Shown here piece after piece: positions 30,568 to 40,140 of a stretch of 64,000 nt of DNA. Each line of letters opens with the position of its first letter. The first letter of the stretch is position 1. The DNA lies in contig CAYRCD010000005.1 of the NCBI GenBank assembly GCA_964422735.1, forward strand, positions 13,039 to 77,038, given 5' to 3'. A program made the translations under genes and the position numbers. Below the pieces are notes generated by a model. The model was not told where the DNA came from, did no database searches, and was given only the letters and a program-made list of their open reading frames with translations. The stretch comes from an uncultured Dehalococcoidia bacterium. Lineage in GTDB: Bacteria > Chloroflexota > Dehalococcoidia > DSTF01 > WHTK01.

Positions 30568-31374
30568 TCAGAGATAGTCGGCGAAGGCCGGCCTCAGCCG
30601 GGCGAAGATCCAGGCGCCGAGGACGAGGACCAAGGCCGTGGTCACCAGCGAGGGCCAGAGGTCGAGGCCGGGGAGATCATTGCTCACCATCAGGTTGCGC
30701 CAGCCCTCCATCAGAGGGGCAAGCGGGTTTGCCTTGAGGAAGTCGCCGTAAGGCTTCGGCACCTCGGACAGCGGGTAGAGGATCGGGGTGACATAGAACA
30801 GGAGGTTCAGGAGCACCTCGACGAGGTGCTCGAGGTCGCGGAAATGCACGTCGAGCGCGGACAGCCCCAGCGACAGGCCCATCATCAAGGCCAACTCCGT
30901 GCCCAGGAGCAGGGGGATGCCCACGATCCAGGCCGGACCCGGCTCGCGTCCGGCGAGGAGGAGGAAGACCACCAGCACCGGGATCGAGAGGAGGAAGTGG
31001 ACCATGTTGTTCGCGATCGTCGCCAGGGGCAGGACGTAGGAGGGGAAGGGCACTTTCTTCAGGAGGGTGCCGTTATTCACGAAAAGCGGGGTCGTGAACA
31101 TGACCGAGGTCTGGAACAACGTCCAGGGAAGCAGGGCGCTGAGGAGGAAGAGGTGATAGGGAACTTCGGTGTCCACCTTCAGGACCTTGCGCAGGGCAAA
31201 CCAGACAACGAGCCCGAAGAGCAGAGGCTTGGCCGCGGTCCAGAAGAAGCCCAGGACGGTGTCCTGGTAGCGGAGCTTGAGGTCGCGCCGCGTCAGGAGA
31301 TAGAGTAGCTCCCAGGCGTGGCGGGCCTCTTCCAGGCGCCTTTCGGCGGTCGCGGGGGCGGCGACGGCGGTCAT
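30568..31374 (-). CDS. ABC-2 polysaccharide export permease (Wzm/TagG-like)
   Basis: RRDLKLRYQDTVLGFFW, LLKKVPFP, FRDLEH, FYVTPILYP, NPL. Confidence 0.88.
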   Translation of the reverse strand: MTAVAAPATAERRLEEARHAWELLYLLTRRDLKLRYQDTVLGFFWTAAKPLLFGLVVWFALRKVLKVDTEVPYHLFLLSALLPWTLFQTSVMFTTPLFVNNGTLLKKVPFPSYVLPLATIANNMVHFLLSIPVLVVFLLLAGREPGPAWIVGIPLLLGTELALMMGLSLGLSALDVHFRDLEHLVEVLLNLLFYVTPILYPLSEVPKPYGDFLKANPLAPLMEGWRNLMVSNDLPGLDLWPSLVTTALVLVLGAWIFARLRPAFADYL

Positions 31375-31513
31375 GGGCGGAATCGTAGCATGGCGGCGCC
31401 GAGTGCTAAGTCCCGCCGAAGGCCGTACCCGCGAGCCATGCGCCTCTAAGGAACGCCCCAGCGTCTCAGGCGTGTTTGACCCACCAGAAGACGGCTGCGA
31501 TGATCCGTCGTAA

Positions 31514-32350
31514 TTGAGCGTCGCCGCCCTTCCTTACACGCTTCTCCTGCTCCTGGGACAGTTCACGGCCGGCTGCGCCTTCGTCCTTCTGGCGGTGCAG
31601 GTCCGCGGGACGTTCGAGGCGACCTTCCTCCGCACCTGCTCCTGGCTCGCCGTCGCGGGCGCGCTGCTCCTGGCCATAACGCTGCTGGTAATCGATCCAA
31701 GACCCGTCGTGGACGGCTTCAGGCTCGATTCCAGCCTCATAAGCCCGCTGCGCGCGGTGTCCATGGCCCTCATGCTGTTTAGCTTCGCTTACGGCTATTT
31801 CCTCAGACGGGAAGAGGACGCGTTTCTCGCTTATGCGACCGGCGCCACGACGGCGGGCCTCGGCGCCCTCTCGTTGATCATGCTGGCCGATCTCGTGCAC
31901 GAGCCGACCTGGAGCATCGCCGGGCCGCTGCTGACGCTGTTCTCAGGCGCCCTGACGCTCGGCGTCGTCACGGTCGCGATGATCTGGGGCCACTGGTACC
32001 TGGTGAACCCGAACTTGCCAGAAGGGCCTCTGAACGAGATGGCCCTCGTGGCGCTGGCCGCGCTCACGCTGGAGCTGGGGGTCACGGCGGTCAACGCCGT
32101 GGTGCCCGCGGGACAGAAGATCGTCTCCGACGCCCTGCTGGCCGTGGCGCTGCCCGAGAACCCGGCCTTCTGGCTGCGCATCGGCATCGGCCTGATTTTC
32201 CCCGCCATCCTGACCTTTATGGCCTACAAGTCGAGCACGGAAAGGGCGATGATGTCAGCCACGGGGCTGCTCTACATCGCGGTCGGCGCGGTGCTGGCGG
32301 GAGAGGCGCTCGGCCGCGGTCTCCTCTTCGTCACGGCCTCGCCCGTGTAG
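31514..32350 (+). CDS. hypothetical multi-pass membrane protein (about 8 TM)
   Basis: Hydrophobic segments; MIWGHWYLV and SATGLLYIA motifs. Confidence 0.65.
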   Translation: MSVAALPYTLLLLLGQFTAGCAFVLLAVQVRGTFEATFLRTCSWLAVAGALLLAITLLVIDPRPVVDGFRLDSSLISPLRAVSMALMLFSFAYGYFLRREEDAFLAYATGATTAGLGALSLIMLADLVHEPTWSIAGPLLTLFSGALTLGVVTVAMIWGHWYLVNPNLPEGPLNEMALVALAALTLELGVTAVNAVVPAGQKIVSDALLAVALPENPAFWLRIGIGLIFPAILTFMAYKSSTERAMMSATGLLYIAVGAVLAGEALGRGLLFVTASPV

Positions 32351-32456
32351 AGCGAGCGGCTTATCTATTCCCCGGGGGCGGAGCGGTCAAACCAGCGTGG
32401 GACAGGCTGAAGGGCTGGCCCACGTGAAACTCTAATGCCGAGCTTGGGAGATTGAG

Positions 32457-33407
32457 ATGCGCATTCTAGTCATTGGTCAGGCCGCCTTCGGCCAGGACGT
32501 CTTCAGCAAATTGCGCGAAGCCGGCGAAGAGGTCGTCGCGGTGGCGGCGCCCGCGCAGTCGCTTTCCGGCCGGGCGGACCGGCTGCGCGCGGCCGCCGAC
32601 GCGGCGGGCATAACCGCCGTCGAGACCTCGAAGCTCAAAGAGCTTGAAACCCAGCAGACGCTCCGCGGGCTCCGGCCCGAGCTGGGGGTCATGGTCTATG
32701 TGAGCGACCTGATCCCGATCGAGGTGCTCAACCTTCCCGAGCACGGCACCATCCAGTACCACCCTTCCTTGCTGCCCAGGCACAGAGGCCGCAGCTCAAT
32801 CAACTGGGCGATTATCCAGGGAGACAAAAAGACCGGCGTTTCGATCTTCTGGCCCGATGCCGGCTGGGACACCGGCCCGGTGCTCCTGCAGCGCGAGGTG
32901 GAGATCGGCCCCGAGGACACGACCGGCAGCCTCTACTACGACAAGCTCTACCCCATGGGGATCGAGATGATCATCGAGTCGGCGCGTCTCGTGGCCGCGG
33001 GCAAGGCGGCCAAGAGCGTCCAGGACGAAAGCCGGGCAACCTATGAGAAGCCCTGCGAGGACCCTCTCGTGCGCATCGATTGGCGGCGCCCGGTCCGGGA
33101 GGTCTTTAACCTGGTGCGAGGCTGCGACCCCAGCCCCGGCGCCTGGACCCGATACGCCGGCCAGAAGGTGCGGGTCCTGGACGCCCGCTTGCGAGCCCCG
33201 GCCGACGCCGGGCCGGGCGTCATTGCCTCAATTGCCGCCGACGGCGTCGTCGTCAGCGGCGAGGGGGGATCGCTGATCGTGCGGAAGATGCAGGGCGAGG
33301 GCGGGCCGGCCGTCGCGGCGGCGGAGTTCGCGGCGCAGGCGGGATTCAAGGCCGGCGATCGATTCTTGAACCCGAAGCCGGCGTCACACGAAAGCGCGAA
33401 GTCGTGA
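32457..33407 (+). CDS. formyltransferase family protein resembling the 10-formyl-THF dehydrogenase hydrolase domain
   Basis: MRILVIGQAAFGQDV, YHPSLLPRHRG.S.INW, SIFWPD.GWDTG, IDW, RGCDPSPGAW. Confidence 0.8.
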   Translation: MRILVIGQAAFGQDVFSKLREAGEEVVAVAAPAQSLSGRADRLRAAADAAGITAVETSKLKELETQQTLRGLRPELGVMVYVSDLIPIEVLNLPEHGTIQYHPSLLPRHRGRSSINWAIIQGDKKTGVSIFWPDAGWDTGPVLLQREVEIGPEDTTGSLYYDKLYPMGIEMIIESARLVAAGKAAKSVQDESRATYEKPCEDPLVRIDWRRPVREVFNLVRGCDPSPGAWTRYAGQKVRVLDARLRAPADAGPGVIASIAADGVVVSGEGGSLIVRKMQGEGGPAVAAAEFAAQAGFKAGDRFLNPKPASHESAKS

Positions 33408-33456
33408 CACAGCAACACCCGATGGCCACCCGCCGGCGCGCCCGGTCGAGACCTTT

Positions 33457-33796
33457 ATGGCGGTGGCGCCCGACGCCCCGAACGTGCAGCGGCGGCTGAT
33501 GTTCGGCATGGCGGCCACCTTCGCCGGCGGCAACATGTTCGCCGGCCTCTACGAGTCATCGATGACCCTGCGCCTGCCCGCGGATAAGCGGGCAAGAATT
33601 CATGGCGCTCGGGGGGGCGCGGCCGTTCGAGCCCATGCCGGGCCGGGTGATGAAGGAACACGTGGCCGTGCCCGAAGCGATGCTGGCCGACCGCGCGACC
33701 CTCTCGAGGTGGGCGAAGGCCCCCCTCGAATACGTCTCGGCGCTACCGGCCAAGCCGGCGGCTACTGGACGACGCCGGCCTCGCGCAGCTTCGTGA
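33457..33796 (+). pseudogene. TfoX N-terminal family gene, frameshifted
   Basis: RLMFG...GNMFAGL...LRLP in one frame and GARPFEPMPGRVMKE...W...YVSALPAK in the next; removing one G from 33590-33592 joins them. Confidence 0.7.
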
Positions 33797-35048
33797 CCTC
33801 TTCGCCGGCCAGCCCGGCCTCACGCAAGTAGCGGTCGCTGTCTCGACCCAGGGGCGGGGCCGCGCCCTGGGCGCGCATCACCGACTTCGAGAACTTGAGG
33901 ATCGGCGCCACCATGGTCTGGGCGCCGGAGAGGTCGTGCTCGAGCTGGACCATCATCTCGTTTTCGAGGACCTGGGGCTCCTCCGACATATCCTCGGGGA
34001 AGTTCACGGGACCGGCGGGCACGCCCTCGCGTTCGAAGACCTCCATCCACTCCGCGGACGTCTTTGCCCTGACCTTCTCCTCGATCTCTCTGACCGCCTG
34101 CTCGGCCTTTCTGAGGTATTCGGGGTCAAGGGGGGCGAAGTTTGGATCGGCGATTCCGAGGTATTCGGTTTCGAGGGCGCTGCGCACCTTCGCCCAGAGC
34201 GAGGCCGAAAGGGCTCCTATGGCCACCGCTCCATCTTTAGTCCGATAGGTGCGGTAGTAGATGTTGCTGCCGAGGAGGGCGCGATAGGGGTTTCGGGCCG
34301 CCACCAACTCCGCGTAGCTGACGCCCTGCCTCTGCATTTCGCGCCGGCGCTCGCGCGCGGGCGCTCGCATCGCCGCGTCGGCGACCGGATGTTCCATCAC
34401 CACGCCGCCCTGAAAGGCGAGAGCGGTAGCGAGCAGGGATGCCTCCACCATCTGGCCCTCGCCCGTGCGCTGGCGGTGGAACAGGGCGGACGTGACGGCC
34501 CAGGCGATTGCCAGCCCCGTGGCGTAGTCGGCGATTGCGGTGGACGTGATGAGCTCGGGGCGGCCGTCCGCGGACACCTTGCCTTCGCCCGCCATGAGGC
34601 CGGAGACGGCCTGGACGACAATGTCATAGCCGGGGCGGTGCGACCACGGCCCCCGTCGCCCGAAGGCCGTGTTGTCCACGTAGATCAGGTCGGGCCGGAT
34701 CGCCGACAGGGTTGGGTAGTCTATGTGGAGGTTGGCGGCGACGTCCGGCCGGTAGTTGATCACCACGACGTCGACGGACGGGACCAGTCGATGGACGATG
34801 TCCTGGGCGCGAGGGTCGGACAGCTCGAGGACGAGTGACTGCTTGCCCCGGTTCAGCTCCTGGAAAGTCTTCGACTCACCGGGCATGAACTGGCCGAAGA
34901 CGCGCCAGGGCTCGCCGCCGGGCGGCTCGACCTTGATCACCTCGGCGCCCTGGTCGGCGAGCATCATGCAGCCGAAGGGCCCGGCGATGATCTGGGTGAA
35001 CTCCAGAATGCGGATGCCATCGAGGGGACCGGAAGCCATAGTCATCAC
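33762..35048 (-). CDS. CoA transferase, family III (CaiB/BaiF)
   Basis: PLDGIRILEF, AGPF, GAEVIKVEPP.GEP, NRGKQS, RPGYD, AIADYATG. Confidence 0.92.
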   Translation of the reverse strand: MMTMASGPLDGIRILEFTQIIAGPFGCMMLADQGAEVIKVEPPGGEPWRVFGQFMPGESKTFQELNRGKQSLVLELSDPRAQDIVHRLVPSVDVVVINYRPDVAANLHIDYPTLSAIRPDLIYVDNTAFGRRGPWSHRPGYDIVVQAVSGLMAGEGKVSADGRPELITSTAIADYATGLAIAWAVTSALFHRQRTGEGQMVEASLLATALAFQGGVVMEHPVADAAMRAPARERRREMQRQGVSYAELVAARNPYRALLGSNIYYRTYRTKDGAVAIGALSASLWAKVRSALETEYLGIADPNFAPLDPEYLRKAEQAVREIEEKVRAKTSAEWMEVFEREGVPAGPVNFPEDMSEEPQVLENEMMVQLEHDLSGAQTMVAPILKFSKSVMRAQGAAPPLGRDSDRYLREAGLAGEEVTKLREAGVVQ

Positions 35049-35132
35049 CTGCAGCTTAGTCGCGGCGGAGCCAACCGCCGCCGCGTCATTCTACTTTGTA
35101 GGTGCTCAGAAAAGCTTCAGAACCGCCGCGGC

Positions 35133-35558
35133 TCAAGCCTCGAGCCGCTGAGCGATGACGTACCAGTACCCGTCCGGGTCCTGGAGGAGGAACTCGCGCA
35201 CGCCGAAAGGCTTGTCGGCGGGCGCCTCGGCAGGCTCGAAGCCGGCTTCTCGGATGTTCGCGAAGGCGCCGTCGACGTCGTCCACGTACAGGTACATGGC
35301 GGCGCCCACGTCGGTCCGCTGCCACGATGCGGGGTCAAAGGCATGGTCGTGCTCCTGGCTGTCGTCGTGGTCTAAGAAGCGCACCACGCCACGCGAGACC
35401 ATGATGGCCACTTCGCCGTTCTCCAGGCGCGCCCAGAAGAGCCCGCCGTGCTCGTCCGTGCTGGCTTTGACCTCGAAGCCGAGGGCGTCTCGGTAGAAGG
35501 CGAGACTGCGGTCGAGGTCGCGGACACGCAGGTAAGGGATGGCGCGGTTGACCTTCAT
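35133..35558 (-). CDS. VOC / glyoxalase family protein
   Basis: PYLRVRDLDRSLAFYRDALGF, YLYVDDVD, FGVREF..QDPDGY. ATG at 35558. Confidence 0.85.
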   Translation of the reverse strand: MKVNRAIPYLRVRDLDRSLAFYRDALGFEVKASTDEHGGLFWARLENGEVAIMVSRGVVRFLDHDDSQEHDHAFDPASWQRTDVGAAMYLYVDDVDGAFANIREAGFEPAEAPADKPFGVREFLLQDPDGYWYVIAQRLEA

Positions 35559-35655
35559 GCTTGTCTCGCTTTCAGGGTCTGTGCGAGGCGAGAGTCGCGG
35601 CCGGCGATTGACCGCGTCGCGCGGCGGGGAGCACCATTCCGGATAGGAATCGATT

Positions 35656-36627
35656 ATGAAGTATCGGTGGCTGGCCGTCCTCGCCGCGGTCGCCGTCTGC
35701 ACGGGCTGCGGAGTGCCGGACCCCAGTCTCGACCTGACGCCCGCGCCGCGCATAACGAGCGTTCCTTCCGCACGCGGGCTTGTCATCGTGCCGACGCCGG
35801 CGCCGGCCCAGACCGTCGTCGGACGCCTGCCGCCGGCAAACGCGGTCGCGACGCCAGCCCGGCCGGCGCTGTCGGGAGCGGTGATCGATCAGAAGCTGGA
35901 GAAAGGCCTGGAGAACCTGATCGCAAACAAGAAGGACGACTACGCCGTCTACGTGAAGGACCTGGGAACGAGGCGAGTCGCGGCCGTGAACGAGGACAAG
36001 GTCTTCTACGCGGCCTCACTGTTCAAGGTCCCGGTGATGTTCGAGGTCTTTCGCCAGCATGCCCTGGGGATCATCGACCTCAACGAGAGCCTCACGGTTA
36101 CCGAGTACTACGCGGCCTTCGACCTGGGCACGCAAGCGACGCGGGAGGGCGACCAGGTCACAATCGCCGACGCGCTGCGCTTTATGATGTCGGTCAGCGA
36201 CAACACCTCGGCCAACATGCTGCTGGACCGAGTCGGCTCGCCGAACGTCAGCGCCACCCTCGCCGCGCTGGGAGCGCGGGACACCAACCTGCTCACGGAG
36301 GACCTGCCGCTCACTGCCGCGGACATGGGAATACTCCTGGAGACGATCGCGGCCGGGGCCGGCCTCGACGAAGAATCGAAGGCCCAGATGCTCGCTCTAA
36401 TGGCGAGCGAGGCGGCCGACAACGGGCTTGCCGCCGGCGTGCCCAGAGGCACTATCGTCGCCCACAAGACCGGCAATTGGGACAACGCCACCCACGACGC
36501 CGGCGTCGTCTTCTCGCCGCGCGGGAGCTACGTCATCGTGGTGTTATCGTCGAAGGACCACGACACCGCCCTGATTCGCGACATATCCAGCTTCGTTTAC
36601 CTCTACTTCAACCCGGCTGGGCGCTGA
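35656..36627 (+). CDS. serine hydrolase lipoprotein, class A beta-lactamase-like fold
   Basis: Signal peptide with Cys; SxxK (ASLFK), SDN, HKTG, HDAG. Confidence 0.85.
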   Translation: MKYRWLAVLAAVAVCTGCGVPDPSLDLTPAPRITSVPSARGLVIVPTPAPAQTVVGRLPPANAVATPARPALSGAVIDQKLEKGLENLIANKKDDYAVYVKDLGTRRVAAVNEDKVFYAASLFKVPVMFEVFRQHALGIIDLNESLTVTEYYAAFDLGTQATREGDQVTIADALRFMMSVSDNTSANMLLDRVGSPNVSATLAALGARDTNLLTEDLPLTAADMGILLETIAAGAGLDEESKAQMLALMASEAADNGLAAGVPRGTIVAHKTGNWDNATHDAGVVFSPRGSYVIVVLSSKDHDTALIRDISSFVYLYFNPAGR

Positions 36628-36742
36628 GGCGCGGCGCCCGGCTTAGATTCAGCCCGGAAGCGAGAGACAGTGCCCAATCGAATCGAGGCGGCGGGCCATG
36701 AACGCCTGACTCGGGGTTCGGCAGGGACGCCATGATTCAGGT

Positions 36743-37201
36743 TCAAGGCTCACTTTGGATCTGTCCGCGGGTCGCTTCCTCAATCCTCTTCGCCTGCTCG
36801 CCCTGCACCCTGAAGAACAGCCCTTCCGCTTCCGCGAGGAGGGCGCCGCCGGCGCCGCGCAGCTCGGCCGTGACCTCGAGCGTCCGGCCGCGGTCGCGCT
36901 CGATGCGGCCGCGGACCTCGAGGGGCTCGCCGACGGGGACGATAGCGCGGAAGCGCATCTTCATCTTGCCGGTGACGGCCCAAACGCCACGACCGTAAGT
37001 CGCCCAACCCATCGCCTCGTCGAGAACGGCCGAGACTATGCCGCCGTGGACGAAGCCGGGATAGCCCTGGTGCTCCCGGCGCGCGACGAAGGGCGCGATC
37101 GCCCACTCGCCCTCCATACGGAAGTGGAGGTGGAGGCCGATCGGGTTCAGGTCGCCACAGGCATAGCACCAGCGGGCGACGTCGGACGTCCCCTCAGACA
37201 C
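36743..37201 (-). CDS. PaaI family thioesterase
   Basis: CYACG..NP.GL, HQGYPGFVHGGI.SAVLDEAMG. Confidence 0.88.
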   Translation of the reverse strand: MSEGTSDVARWCYACGDLNPIGLHLHFRMEGEWAIAPFVARREHQGYPGFVHGGIVSAVLDEAMGWATYGRGVWAVTGKMKMRFRAIVPVGEPLEVRGRIERDRGRTLEVTAELRGAGGALLAEAEGLFFRVQGEQAKRIEEATRGQIQSEP

Positions 37202-37258
37202 GCCATGGCTCCAGAAACAAGAGGCAGGAAACCAAAGACAACGGCCGGACGGCGGGAA

Positions 37259-37642
37259 TCACAGAGCATCAACCCGCGCGGAGCCGGAGATCAAGACCTC
37301 GCCCTTCTGGTTTACGCATTCGACGTTGTACTGGAGGGCGCCGTTCACCGGTCTCGCGGCGTTAGCGCGAGCCGTTACCGTATCACCGGGGCGGGCCGGG
37401 TTGCGGAAGCGAACGTCGAGGCGGCCGGAGTTGACCCAGGCCCGGCCGAAGGCAGCCGCCATCATCTCCGAGATGAACGCTAGCACGAGCATGCCGTGAG
37501 CAATTGTGCCGCCCAGCGGCGTCCCGCGGGCGAAATCCGCGTCGACGTGCACGGGGTTGAAGTCGCCGCTGGCGCGGGCATAGCCGTCGATCATGGCCTG
37601 GTCGATGGCCTTCACGACGGCAGCGACGTCCGGGGTGTTCAC
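37259..37642 (-). CDS. MaoC family dehydratase
   Basis: SGDFNPVHVD, IAHGML, VRFRNP.RPGD. GTG overlaps the upstream stop. Confidence 0.88.
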   Translation of the reverse strand: MNTPDVAAVVKAIDQAMIDGYARASGDFNPVHVDADFARGTPLGGTIAHGMLVLAFISEMMAAAFGRAWVNSGRLDVRFRNPARPGDTVTARANAARPVNGALQYNVECVNQKGEVLISGSARVDAL

Positions 37643-38043
37643 GAGGGCTCCGCGGGAGAAAGCACTGTCGCCCGCGCCGTGACGGCGGTGATCCCATTCA
37701 CGGCGAGGTCGGACTCCAGGACCGAGACCACCCAGCCGCCCCGAATCGAGCGCTGGCTCAGCCGGGCCCGGCACTCGACCTTCTCGCCTTCAAGGACGGC
37801 GGCCATGCACTCGACCGACTCGCTGGCGTGGAGGGAGCCCGGCGGAAGCGCGACCTGGCGCAGCAGCTCGCCAAGGGCAAGGGCGGCGACCGCCAGGGGC
37901 GGGACGACGCCGCCCGCGTCCGCATAGACCGTGAGAGTGTCGCGGACGGCGTCTCGGTAGGCGCGGGCGTTGGCGGCGGTGACGGTGAAATGAGCGGGTG
38001 TGAACGCGTGTCCGGCACGAAGCTCGGTGAGGCTGAGCGTCAC
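37639..38043 (-). CDS. MaoC-like N-terminal hotdog-fold partner subunit
   Basis: VVPPLAV, GSLHASES; translationally coupled to the MaoC gene. Confidence 0.7.
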   Translation of the reverse strand: MTLSLTELRAGHAFTPAHFTVTAANARAYRDAVRDTLTVYADAGGVVPPLAVAALALGELLRQVALPPGSLHASESVECMAAVLEGEKVECRARLSQRSIRGGWVVSVLESDLAVNGITAVTARATVLSPAEPS

Positions 38044-38411
38044 ACGCGGGCGGGCGGGTCGGACATATAGGTGCGGCCCCAGGTCTCGAGACGCCGCAAA
38101 GCCTCGCCTAGCTCATGCCCCTTGGGCGTGAGCTCGTATTCGACCCAGGGCGGCATTACCGTAATCACATGGCGCTCGATCACGCCCAATTCCTCGAGGC
38201 CTTTGAGGCGGTCGCGCAGGGTGCGCGAGTTGCAGCCGCCGACGGCGCCCGCGAGTTCGTTAAACCTTCGCTTACCCCGCCGCAGCTCGTAGATGATGCG
38301 CGGAACCCACTTCTGTCCCAGGAGCGCGAGCGTGGCGCGGACGGGGCAGTATGAGGCGGATTCGTCGAGGACGAGCTTGCTGTCGCTGAAGAAGCGCTGG
38401 AGCGTCGTCAC
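38040..38411 (-). CDS. HxlR family winged-HTH regulator
   Basis: CPV..TL.LLGQKW, RRFNEL, L..RLK.LE..G, PPWVEYELT.KG. Confidence 0.9.
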   Translation of the reverse strand: MTTLQRFFSDSKLVLDESASYCPVRATLALLGQKWVPRIIYELRRGKRRFNELAGAVGGCNSRTLRDRLKGLEELGVIERHVITVMPPWVEYELTPKGHELGEALRRLETWGRTYMSDPPARV

Positions 38412-38523
38412 GGCCGTATTCTACACCAGCACCGGCAAAAAATGCGGAAGCGCCTATACAAAGCATTGCAAAGCGCCGAAGCTCAGCAGGCTTGGGTTTG
38501 TGCTTCGGGCTTTGTCCTCGACC

Positions 38524-39390
38524 CTATCTCGCGGCCTGCTGCGACGGCGCCCGCTGAAGGATGATCTCGTTGCTGGGCTTCGTGACTGTGTTAGCGACCA
38601 CCTCCAGGGTGACCCACATGTTGCTGATGGGACCCGAGGAGTCGGGCTGAGGCTTCACGATCAGATGCGCTGAGCCGTCGTTGCGGGGATTGAAGGCGCC
38701 CATACTCACGGTCCGGTCACCGCGGCTGGCCCAGAGCTGGTAGGCGAGCGTAAAGCTTATCGACGGCAGGTTTTGGCAGTAGAGAGCGCCGATCGATTGC
38801 TTGGTGCTCCACACGTAGCGACAGTTCGCCTCCGGCGCCAGGCTGGTGCCCTGGAGCTCCGTCGGGATCAAGTCCGGGTCGAGAGCCAGGACGATGAGTG
38901 TCGATTGCTCTTCGAGCGTGCTGACCATCTGTCGCTGCTGGTTTTTCGTCGAGGCCAGGTCACTTTGCAAGCGGAGCAGGGCCGTTCGCTGTTCCTCATC
39001 GAGCTGCGTCAGCTGGGCGAGGCCCTGGTTTTTCTTCTCGAGCTCGTTCACCTGAGCCGAAAGAACGATGGCCCAAGTCAGGCCGCCGATAGCGAGGCCG
39101 AGGAAGACGGCGGCAGCGGCGGCCCACCAGCGCGAGCCCTGCAGGAGTGTTGAGGGCGTCAAGCGTGGCCGCGCTCCTACACCACCTAAGACCAGATCGC
39201 GAAGGCGCGGCCGAGCCCGGTAACGCGGCGTGGCCAGCGCGATATGGTCGACGGTGGTGCGGTAGGCGCGCGCCAACTCCGCGCACCCGGGGCATTCGTC
39301 GAGGTGAACTTCGACGCGCCTGGCCGCCCGCTGATCAAGAGCGCCGAGGGCGTAAGCTTCTATGTCTTCTCTTACCGAATCGCAGTCCAC
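38524..39390 (-). CDS. anti-sigma factor, RskA-like with zinc-finger (HxxxCxxC)
   Basis: YALGALD, HLDECPGC, one TM segment, YQLW; follows the ECF sigma gene. Confidence 0.85.
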   Translation of the reverse strand: MDCDSVREDIEAYALGALDQRAARRVEVHLDECPGCAELARAYRTTVDHIALATPRYRARPRLRDLVLGGVGARPRLTPSTLLQGSRWWAAAAAVFLGLAIGGLTWAIVLSAQVNELEKKNQGLAQLTQLDEEQRTALLRLQSDLASTKNQQRQMVSTLEEQSTLIVLALDPDLIPTELQGTSLAPEANCRYVWSTKQSIGALYCQNLPSISFTLAYQLWASRGDRTVSMGAFNPRNDGSAHLIVKPQPDSSGPISNMWVTLEVVANTVTKPSNEIILQRAPSQQAAR

Positions 39391-40077
39391 CTACCGTGTC
39401 CGCTCCCGTTGTTCGATTAGCGCGGCCCGGAGCTTCTGCAAACCGAGCCGAATTCGCGTCTTGATCGTGCCCAGGGGCTGGTGGAGCCCCAGGGCTATCT
39501 CATGCTGGGTGTAGCCGCCGAAGTAAGCCAACTCGATGGCGAGCCGCTGCTCCGTCGGCAGGGCGGCCAGCGCCCTCTGGACGATGATGCGGTCGTCGCT
39601 GAGGAGCGCCGAGTCGGCCGGGTCCTCAGCCGGAGCGGTCGCGAGCATCTCTTCGGCAGCGATTCCCGGCGGTGTCTCGTGGCGGAACCGCCGCCCGCGG
39701 CTCCTCCTCTCGTCGATAGCCCGGTTGCGAGCCACACTAAGCAGCCAGGTTACGAACCGGCCACGGGTGGCGTTGAACAGGTCCGGCCGCCGCCAGAGCC
39801 GGAGGAAGACCTCCTGGGCGATGTCCTCGGCCAATTGGACATCACCAACCACGCGCAGAGACACGGAATAAACGAAGTCGCCGTATCGACCGTAGAGCGC
39901 TTCCAGCGCCCTGACGTCGCGCCGGGCGAGAAGGACTACAAGTCGATCGTCGCCCGCTGTAGCGTAGTCGAGAGGTCGATCCGCCTCCGCGTCCTCGCCC
40001 GTAGCTGCTCTAATAACATCTACGTGCCAGGAACCGCTGCGGATTTGCGCGGCTGGCTCGTCCGCTTCGAAGGGCAT
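39391..40077 (-). CDS. ECF sigma-70 factor, SigK-like
   Basis: AEDIAQEVFL.LWR, WLL.VARNRAID, LAYFGGYT..EIA, PLGTIKTRIRLGL. Start uncertain. Confidence 0.9.
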   Translation of the reverse strand: MPFEADEPAAQIRSGSWHVDVIRAATGEDAEADRPLDYATAGDDRLVVLLARRDVRALEALYGRYGDFVYSVSLRVVGDVQLAEDIAQEVFLRLWRRPDLFNATRGRFVTWLLSVARNRAIDERRSRGRRFRHETPPGIAAEEMLATAPAEDPADSALLSDDRIIVQRALAALPTEQRLAIELAYFGGYTQHEIALGLHQPLGTIKTRIRLGLQKLRAALIEQRERTR

Positions 40078-40140
40078 GCTTGACCCTCCCTAGTGGCCAT
40101 AATAGCGCAGTGGAGCGATCAGGGGAGCTTTCAACCGCTG

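Noticed and set aside
35656-36627. Beta-lactam resistance gene
   Set aside because: SxxK, SDN and KTG are present but the omega-loop ExxLN motif is not; more likely a housekeeping serine hydrolase.
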